Shown: positions 16,481 through 22,970 of the stretch, in pieces | Layout of the letters: the number at the start of each line of letters is the position of its first letter | How positions within the stretch are numbered: the first letter of the stretch is position 1 | Assembly: GCA_036339875.1 (NCBI GenBank) | Contig: JAYZAC010000129.1 | Location: 1 to 22,970 of the forward strand | Direction of reading: 5' to 3' | Origin: a bacterium | GTDB taxonomy: Bacteria > Muiribacteriota > UBA6191 | DNA: 22,970 bases | Translations under genes and position numbers: made by a program | Notes under the pieces: generated by a model | Told to the model about the DNA's origin: nothing | What the model saw: the letters and a program-made list of their open reading frames with translations, nothing else | Databases searched by the model: none

Positions 16481-17845
16481 ATGCAAGTTTGGATGAAGAT
16501 TATCATAGGAATGATTTTGGGCATCTTGATTGGTTATCTATTCGGTGCCAATTCACCATTCGAATATTTCCATGGTGAGCTAGGAACTACCCTGATCGGC
16601 TTTTTTAATATAGTCGGCGAAGTTTTTCTGAAATTGTTGAAGATGATTGTGGTTCCACTAATTTTCTTCTCTTTATGTATTGGTATAGCTTCCATGGAAG
16701 ATATATCCGAAGTGGGAACGGCTGGGGTCAAATTGCTCGCATATTTTATGACAACTACGGCTATAGCCATATGTATTGGGGTGATTCTTAGTAGCGTGAT
16801 AAAGCCGGGATCATTTGTTAATACCGATAAGCGTGATTCTATAATGCAGCAGAATCAGACTAATGCTGAAAAGTATAAGAAATCTGCCCGCGCACAAACT
16901 GGTAATGAAAAAGCCAGTAAGGAAGAGCTAGAGTCCGAAAGAGGGATCATCGGTGCTTTCAAAAAAGGTGCTCGACTTCTTAAAAAGAATTTATTGGAAA
17001 TGATTCCTGCGAATCCAATTGAAGCAATGGCCGAGACTCGAATCCTGCAGATCATTGTTTTCGCCATCTTCTTTGGGATTGGAATCACACAGCTCAAACC
17101 GCACCACAAACAATTCATTTTGCAATTCTGCAATATTATCAATGACATTATGGTTTTCTTAGTCCAGATGATCATGGCTATTGCTCCCTATGGTGTCTGT
17201 ACTCTTATGGCCTATTCTGTATCAAAGGTAGGCTTATCTGTAATGGCCGCACTAGCGGTCTATGCTATAACGGTCATTGGTGGACTCTTACTGCATCTTT
17301 TGCTGGTATACATGCCTGTAGCCAGCTTTTCTAGTGGTCGCAGTCCGCTGAATTTTCTAATTCAGATTAAAGAAGCACTTATTCTCGCCTTCTCAACTTC
17401 TTCCTCCTCTGCAACGCTTCCCGTCACAATGAAATGTGTAGAAGAAAATTTAAAGGTTCCTTCCAAAACTAGCTCTTTTGTTCTACCTCTAGGTGCTACC
17501 GTAAATATGGATGGGACCGCCCTTTATCAGGGAGTTGCCGTAGTCTTTATTGCACAGGTTTTCGGTTATTCTCTAAGCACAGGAGATTTAGTTAGCATCG
17601 TTCTAATGGCGACCCTAGCATCTGTTGGCGCTGCTGGTGTACCCGGTGCAGGAATGATTACATTGGTAATGGTTTTAGATACAGTTAATCCTGAACTAGT
17701 TGCAGGAGTTGCTTTGGTGATGGGTGTTGATCGTTTTCTAGATATGGTTAGAACCGCTGTAAATGTTACGGGAGACAGCACTGCTTGTTGCTTAATGGAT
17801 TGGTTAAACCGCGGACCTAAATCTCGAGAAGCGGCCAAAAACTAA
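16481..17845 (+). CDS. Dicarboxylate/amino acid:cation symporter (DAACS, GltP/GltT-like), probably Na+-coupled Asp/Glu uptake
   Basis: Start moved to ATG 16481 (GGAGA SD at 16470-16474); LLKMIVVPL, FSTSSSSATLP, NMDGT, GAAGVPG, DRFLDMVRTAVNVTGD (retains the Arg for acidic substrates and the TM8 Na1 Asp known from GltPh). Confidence 0.95.
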   Translation: MQVWMKIIIGMILGILIGYLFGANSPFEYFHGELGTTLIGFFNIVGEVFLKLLKMIVVPLIFFSLCIGIASMEDISEVGTAGVKLLAYFMTTTAIAICIGVILSSVIKPGSFVNTDKRDSIMQQNQTNAEKYKKSARAQTGNEKASKEELESERGIIGAFKKGARLLKKNLLEMIPANPIEAMAETRILQIIVFAIFFGIGITQLKPHHKQFILQFCNIINDIMVFLVQMIMAIAPYGVCTLMAYSVSKVGLSVMAALAVYAITVIGGLLLHLLLVYMPVASFSSGRSPLNFLIQIKEALILAFSTSSSSATLPVTMKCVEENLKVPSKTSSFVLPLGATVNMDGTALYQGVAVVFIAQVFGYSLSTGDLVSIVLMATLASVGAAGVPGAGMITLVMVLDTVNPELVAGVALVMGVDRFLDMVRTAVNVTGDSTACCLMDWLNRGPKSREAAKN

Positions 17846-19521
17846 AAATAGTAAAACCAATATAAAAATTGCCCAAAAGACCAAATGACAGAGGACACAA
17901 CATCAAGAACGGTCCTCAGCTCATGCATGGCAACAAAGATAACAGCGGGTAATACTAATACAAGGTAAGAAAGCTCTTGATTCATTTTCGTATTCAGGCT
18001 CTGAAATTCTCCATTTTTGAAGTGTAATAGATCCTTCAAGTCTTCCCATACTAGTGCATCGTCAAGCTGATTAGTTCCATGAAATAACAAAACTTTCTGA
18101 TTCGGGATAATAAGGGAGTCTGTAAAACGTATAGTATTTAATTTGGTCTCTGCATAACTACCTTCGATAACCATGCCGGATATATTATGATTGAAAGTAG
18201 AATCTCTAATTATTTGACCGAGAGAAACTTCGCCCTCTTCAAGAAAAGTACAATACTTTTGATAGACTGAAAATCTCCAGTATAAAATAATTAACAAGAA
18301 ACATAGCAAATACACGCAGTCATAAAAATTCTGCGACAAAGATTCTGATGGAATTCCGTCAATTCGACTAATAAAAGGGTCGTCAGTTCTATACTCGATT
18401 TCTACACTAGTACTAAGTAATGAACGATAACTACCATCCAAATCATTAACATAGACGACGCCTTCATATGTCTCTCCTATATGATCAAATAGATAAGCAA
18501 TTTTTACCTCTCCATACCCTAAATCTGAAGAGTATGAGACTTCGGTGACTTTTCCTGTGGTAAAAGCTAACGGTTCCCGAAATAAATATCGCTCTTCGAG
18601 TAATTGAATGCCCCCCAATGGTACTAGAGAGAAAATTAATGAAGCACAAATTGCTATCATTAAAGCATAATGACTTACTAGTGAAACTTGTAACTTAGCC
18701 GAAAAACTCAACTTGCGAGGATTGATCTTCAAGCAATCATAATCGAGCCACTGCATGTGCGAACCCATTTTAAGTTTTAATGCATTAACAGGCTTTGTTA
18801 CACTTAGAGAATCATCTTCTGATAAATTAAGTGGATTATTTGGCTCTTCCAAGTCGTCTTGGTAACCCTCTTGATCATAAAATTCGGGAATTGGCGGTAA
18901 TTCATGGAAATGGATACCGATAATTTCTTTGATTGATTCGAAGGTTTTAATCTGACTGTGATCTTCTTCAGAGATTACTGATTTAATTTTATTAATCAAA
19001 TCAATATCACTAATGAAATGAGTTTTACGATAGGCTATCTTTTGAGATTTAAACTCATCATAAATGTGCAAAAACTTTCGCCTACTAATTTTGAGTATAC
19101 TCAATAATTTTGATAAGCATTCAATCTCTGTTGATGACCAATTCGCATCAGTCAAAACTTCAATCAAATAAATTCTTAGGATATTCTCGTAAACCCTCTG
19201 ATGTATTTGAGATTTCTCAATTTTTGAATAATCCAAACCCAAAAATTGCCTAACAGCCAGTAAAATCGAGTCCTCATTCGCATGCCCTTCAAGCATACTC
19301 TGAAGCTCTAGATAAAAAGACATCCCATCAAATACCGCAGGCTGAGAACCGCGCCGCTGAACTTCAGATTTGGCTAGCTTATACACTTTCGAATAGGTTT
19401 CAGCGCTAACATCAAAAGCTTTGCAATAAGAACTTATTAAAACCTTTTCTCGAGCAACAATTCTATTATCTGCTAGAATTTCTTCAAGGAATAACTGAAG
19501 AACTGCTTCGTCGACTTGCAT
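17842..19521 (-). CDS. Membrane protein with two N-terminal TerB-like helical repeats and a DUF3592-like extracytoplasmic domain
   Basis: Repeats LEEILADNRI...E..L......F.VS and LIEVLTDANW...E..CL..L..IL.IS; TM, then TTGKVTEV...IAY.F...G..YEG...VEIEY..DDP..SRI, then further TM segments. Confidence 0.6.
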   Translation of the reverse strand: MQVDEAVLQLFLEEILADNRIVAREKVLISSYCKAFDVSAETYSKVYKLAKSEVQRRGSQPAVFDGMSFYLELQSMLEGHANEDSILLAVRQFLGLDYSKIEKSQIHQRVYENILRIYLIEVLTDANWSSTEIECLSKLLSILKISRRKFLHIYDEFKSQKIAYRKTHFISDIDLINKIKSVISEEDHSQIKTFESIKEIIGIHFHELPPIPEFYDQEGYQDDLEEPNNPLNLSEDDSLSVTKPVNALKLKMGSHMQWLDYDCLKINPRKLSFSAKLQVSLVSHYALMIAICASLIFSLVPLGGIQLLEERYLFREPLAFTTGKVTEVSYSSDLGYGEVKIAYLFDHIGETYEGVVYVNDLDGSYRSLLSTSVEIEYRTDDPFISRIDGIPSESLSQNFYDCVYLLCFLLIILYWRFSVYQKYCTFLEEGEVSLGQIIRDSTFNHNISGMVIEGSYAETKLNTIRFTDSLIIPNQKVLLFHGTNQLDDALVWEDLKDLLHFKNGEFQSLNTKMNQELSYLVLVLPAVIFVAMHELRTVLDVVSSVIWSFGQFLYWFYYF

Positions 19522-19542
19522 GCTAAGAATTTTTCCTAAAAT

Positions 19543-19866
19543 TTAAATTGAATAAGCTTCCATATTGCACTGAAAGTTTACGGCTAATTCAATTTTTTCT
19601 AAAAGCTCAAAATCAAGAGTACTTACACCACCTAAATCATGAGTGTTAAGTCGAATTTCCAAGCGGTTATAAACGTTAGCCCAATCTGGATGATGATTCA
19701 ATTTCTCAGCCCATATCGCTATTTGACTCATTACGCCAAAACAACAAATGAAATTACTGAATTCAAAACCTTTTTTCAGACAGCGAGTTTGAGAATCATA
19801 AACCCAGCCCTTTACCTCGCCTAGTTTTGCTTCAATTTCATTATCAGATAATAGTCTTGCAGTCAT
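19543..19866 (-). CDS. phhB: Pterin-4-alpha-carbinolamine dehydratase
   Basis: GW...L.K.FEF.NF...FG.M..IA..AEKLNHHPDW.NVYN...I.L.THD.GG.S.LD. Confidence 0.95.
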   Translation of the reverse strand: MTARLLSDNEIEAKLGEVKGWVYDSQTRCLKKGFEFSNFICCFGVMSQIAIWAEKLNHHPDWANVYNRLEIRLNTHDLGGVSTLDFELLEKIELAVNFQCNMEAYSI

Positions 19867-19867
19867 T

Positions 19868-21640
19868 TTATTTCTCCCAAGGTTGTAAACCTAGTTCTTC
19901 CCATTGTTGAGTTGGAACATCAGTTGGTGAATTATCTAAAAGGTAGCGATTCGAAGAAGCATTTGGAAATGCAATTACATCGCGCATATTATCAAGCTGA
20001 AGTAGAGTCATTACAAGCCTAGCTAAACCCAAAGCTATTCCACCATGAGGTGGTGCTCCGTATTGCAAACTTTCAAGGAAAAAACCAAATCTTTCTTTGG
20101 CATCTTCCTTACTAAAGCCTATGGCATCAAAAACTTTTTGCTGAATTTCCGCCTTATGGATTCTTATGGAACCACTACCCAACTCCACTCCATTTAATAC
20201 CAAATCATAGAGTCTTCCGTTAATTTTTTCCAGTTCTCCAGTTTCAAAATATTTCAAATCCTCTTCATATGGCATAGTGAACATGTGATGCATAGCATCC
20301 CAACGATCTTCATCAGGGTTATATTCAAAAAGAGGAAATCGAGTTACCCATAAAAATCGATAAACACCTTCAGGAATGAAAGAGCCTTCTTCAGGTTTAC
20401 GAATACTATCGATTTGTTTCGCGACATGATTTCTCAAGTAACCCAGACTATCATTAACCACCTTGACCTTATCTGCCAAAAAAATCACTAAATCACCAGG
20501 TTTGGCATCAGTGATTTCTAAAAATTGTTGGTGATTTTGGACCGGTATATGCTTAGCTGCCCCACCTTGTAAACCTTCCTCAGTAACTTTTACATAAAAA
20601 ATTCCCCGAGCACGATAGGCCTTCACAAACTCAGAGAATTTATCAATTTGTTTTCTCGAAAATTGAGCTCCGCCAGGCACACTGAATGCAGCAATTCTTC
20701 CTCCTGATTGCATTACCTCGTGAAACCAATCGTAAGCACTACCCTCCAAAGCAGTATGAATATCTTTCAACTCCATACCAAAACGCAAGTCTGGTTTATC
20801 AAGACCAAAACGAGAAACACACTCTGCATAATCGAGTCTGAGAAAAGGAGTTTCTAATTTTACTCCTAGTAATTGCTCGAATAAATCTGAAAAAATCGCT
20901 TCGATAACCAGCCAGACGTCCTCTTCCTCCACAAAGCTCATTTCCATATCCATTTGAGTATGTACTAATTGGCGCTCATTACGAGCATCTTCATCCCGAA
21001 AACAGCGTGCAAATTGGTAATATCTATCTAGACCAGAAACCTGCAAAATCTGCTTATAAATCTGTGGACTCTGTGGCAGAGCATAAAATTCCCCAGGAAA
21101 AATTCTCGAGGGCACTAAAAAATCTCGAGCACCTTCGGGGGTTGATTTCATTAACTGAGGAGTTTCTACCTCCAGGAAATCAAACCCACTCATAGTTTTA
21201 CGAATTTGCTCCACCACTTTGTGCCGAAATTCCATGTTACGTTTCATATAATCACGTCTCAAATCTAGGTACCGGTATCTGAGTCTAAGATCTTCGTTTA
21301 CGTCTTCCTTATCATCCACCACAAAGGGAGGTGTCAGACTTTTGTTGAGAACCTCAATCTCCTTTACAGTCAGTTCCAATGAACCATTTACTTCATTTTT
21401 ACAATCTTTATCTGGACGCAGACCCAAAATACCAATGACTTTAATACAATCCTCACGACCTAGTTTGAGGTTAGTCAATAACTTTGATTCCAAATTGAGC
21501 TGTAATTTAGCGTAACGATCTCTGAGAACTAAGAAATTTACACCTCCAACCTCACGTAAACGTTCGACCCAACCACATAAAGTAACTGTTTTCCCTACAA
21601 ATGCTTCTTGTAATTCTCCCAAATGATGACTGCGTAACAT
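19868..21640 (-). CDS. aspS: Aspartate--tRNA ligase (bacterial type with GAD insertion)
   Basis: LRSH, LRDRY, RLRYRYLDLRR, STPEGARDFLVPSR, LPQSPQ, CFRDED, GLDKPDLRF, YDLVLNG.E, YGAPPHGG; AGGAG SD. Confidence 0.97.
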   Translation of the reverse strand: MLRSHHLGELQEAFVGKTVTLCGWVERLREVGGVNFLVLRDRYAKLQLNLESKLLTNLKLGREDCIKVIGILGLRPDKDCKNEVNGSLELTVKEIEVLNKSLTPPFVVDDKEDVNEDLRLRYRYLDLRRDYMKRNMEFRHKVVEQIRKTMSGFDFLEVETPQLMKSTPEGARDFLVPSRIFPGEFYALPQSPQIYKQILQVSGLDRYYQFARCFRDEDARNERQLVHTQMDMEMSFVEEEDVWLVIEAIFSDLFEQLLGVKLETPFLRLDYAECVSRFGLDKPDLRFGMELKDIHTALEGSAYDWFHEVMQSGGRIAAFSVPGGAQFSRKQIDKFSEFVKAYRARGIFYVKVTEEGLQGGAAKHIPVQNHQQFLEITDAKPGDLVIFLADKVKVVNDSLGYLRNHVAKQIDSIRKPEEGSFIPEGVYRFLWVTRFPLFEYNPDEDRWDAMHHMFTMPYEEDLKYFETGELEKINGRLYDLVLNGVELGSGSIRIHKAEIQQKVFDAIGFSKEDAKERFGFFLESLQYGAPPHGGIALGLARLVMTLLQLDNMRDVIAFPNASSNRYLLDNSPTDVPTQQWEELGLQPWEK

Positions 21641-21657
21641 AATGACTCCTGATTGGA

Positions 21658-22509
21658 TTATTTTGTTTTATTAGAGATGCGTAATAAAGTTTCCTCTAAT
21701 CGTTTTTGAAAATCCTTTCCAGCATAACAATTAGATTGTCCTTGGGCTTCTGAGGGTAGTGTAAGATCAACCTCGCGTGATTCATATATTAAGATCTCCT
21801 GCCGTAATTGAGACGCAGCAAAAGCACTACTACCAGAATAACTCAACAACCATTCCTCTAAGATAGTTTGTGCTTCTTCATCTTCCGAATAAGCTTGCCA
21901 AGCACCGCCCCAGCTTAGAAGATCCTCACCACTAAAAAAACGACCGCTAAAAAGTAGGTCGCGACTACGGGTTTCGCCAACTCTTCGACGTAAAAGTGGG
22001 TAAGCTGCCATACCTGGATTGATTCCTAATTTTAAGAATGGAAAAGCCAATTTCGCATTTTTGCGAACTAAAATTAAATCGCAAGCCAATGCTAAGCATA
22101 AACCCGCACCAACAGCAGCACCATGAACATTAGCAATTGAAACTACCGGTATAGATCGAATCTTTAAAAAACTGTGGTAATAGTTCATCATCGTAGCTAT
22201 ATTCTCTCGCTCAGCCACCTTTGTTCTTTGTTTAAGAAAGTCAAAGTCACCGCCAGCAGAAAATGCCTTTCCTGCCCCCTCCAAAATTAGAACCTCAAAA
22301 GGTAGCTCAGACTCCCAATCAAGACAAAAGTCACAAAGCTTAGAAAATAGATCCGCGGTTTCTAAATCCAAAGGATTTCGCGTACAGCCCTGATTTAATT
22401 GAACACTCAATACCTTACAACCCCCCTTTTCTACGATTTTGAGAAGTATGACCGCATCTCTCTCGTTAAAACCGGGGTATTTCCGTTTAATTTTCTCAAT
22501 AAAGCTCAT
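21658..22509 (-). CDS. Enoyl-CoA hydratase/isomerase (crotonase) family protein
   Basis: LEGAGKAFSAGGD, IANVHGAAVGAG..LALACD, F..LGI.PG. Confidence 0.9.
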   Translation of the reverse strand: MSFIEKIKRKYPGFNERDAVILLKIVEKGGCKVLSVQLNQGCTRNPLDLETADLFSKLCDFCLDWESELPFEVLILEGAGKAFSAGGDFDFLKQRTKVAERENIATMMNYYHSFLKIRSIPVVSIANVHGAAVGAGLCLALACDLILVRKNAKLAFPFLKLGINPGMAAYPLLRRRVGETRSRDLLFSGRFFSGEDLLSWGGAWQAYSEDEEAQTILEEWLLSYSGSSAFAASQLRQEILIYESREVDLTLPSEAQGQSNCYAGKDFQKRLEETLLRISNKTK

Positions 22510-22512
22510 TAC

Positions 22513-22815
22513 TTAGTCCTTCACGATATTTTTCACCAAACCGAATAATTTATCTTCCTCAGGCTCCTCTTGATTTGACATAATCTTCTGTAATGAGCTG
22601 CCCAAAAGGTCTTCAGTTGTATTGTCATCATTCTTTGATGTTGCATCAAACAACTCTTCTCTTAAATTCTTTTCATAAAAATCAAGAAACCATTGTAAAT
22701 CGGCTTCATTCACTTTGGAGAGAATCCTCTCCATAGGTTCGTAACCTCTACTACCGCGAACAATCTTTCTCTCCAAATACTCTTTGATTTCATTAGGTAT
22801 TTTTTTTACAGACAT
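22513..22815 (-). CDS. Hypothetical acidic protein (about 100 aa)
   Basis: Start moved to ATG 22815 (MSVKKIPNE...), which overlaps the stop of the upstream ORF as TAATG and has an AGAGG SD. Confidence 0.6.
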   Translation of the reverse strand: MSVKKIPNEIKEYLERKIVRGSRGYEPMERILSKVNEADLQWFLDFYEKNLREELFDATSKNDDNTTEDLLGSSLQKIMSNQEEPEEDKLFGLVKNIVKD

Positions 22816-22970
22816 TAGTAACCTCTGCGCATTTTGGTAATCAAACGTAAACATACCAGCCCAAGTGCTGGCAGGGAATAAATAAAAGCCACGAAGTAAC
22901 CCTTTAATACAGCAAACCCTAAACCAGCCGTAAACATAATTAATACAAAACTGTATTCGTGTGCTTCTCG
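22815..22970 (-). CDS. C-terminal end of a membrane protein (5'-partial)
   Basis: Manual translation REAHEYSFVLIMFTAGLGFAVLKGYFVAFIYSLPALGLVCLRLITKMRRGY*; hydrophobic with a basic tail; TAA at 22817-22815. Confidence 0.6.
   Translation of the reverse strand, partial: REAHEYSFVLIMFTAGLGFAVLKGYFVAFIYSLPALGLVCLRLITKMRRGY

Noticed and set aside
16339..16524. 61-aa minus-strand ORF and the 16364 upstream start of the symporter
   Set aside because: Both run across the divergent promoter region; the SD and family N-terminus favour the start at 16481.
620..21195. Short ORFs in the track lying antisense or out of frame within larger genes (e.g. 620-820, 3513-3752, 6010-6219, 7004-7294, 10735-11082, 15012-15278, 16855-17175, 17566-17838, 21007-21195)
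   Set aside because: They are shadow frames of well-supported genes, with no recognisable motifs.
22815..22970. Possible lysylphosphatidylglycerol-synthase-TM/flippase-like identity of the edge ORF
   Set aside because: Only 51 residues are visible, too few to assign a family.
1..22970. tRNA/rRNA genes, CRISPR arrays, IS elements, prophage or defence genes, and a taxonomic assignment
   Set aside because: No cloverleafs, repeat-spacer arrays, transposase/integrase or nuclease-defence motifs were seen, and intergenic spaces are short. Taxonomy cannot be fixed without a phylogeny of AspS/MutL/TsaD.

Overview
AT-rich bacterial chromosomal segment with almost all genes on the minus strand. I see no rRNA, tRNA, CRISPR array or mobile element. 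The housekeeping genes are aspS, phhB, tsaD, mutL, miaA, an HD hydrolase, a crotonase-family protein, a DAACS (GltP/GltT-type) symporter, a tandem-USP protein and a BI-1/YccA protein. The left 9 kb is an uncharacterised envelope region. In transcription order it holds a secreted IPT/TIG-like protein, a 1263-aa secreted coiled-coil protein with an apparently duplicated C-terminal domain, an acidic disordered lipoprotein, and three translationally coupled minor (pseudo)pilins (a large PilX/GspK-like, a PilV/GspI-like and a PilW/GspJ-like protein). These are followed by a gene missing from the ORF track (474 to <1) that encodes a Hanks-type kinase fold lacking the Gly loop, the VAIK lysine and the HRD aspartate, i.e. 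a probable pseudokinase. Other oddities are non-canonical class II motifs in AspRS, a PIP-box-like motif in the MutL linker, and a possible membrane-stress module with a sigma54-like promoter. All product calls come from reading motifs by eye; no database search was run.
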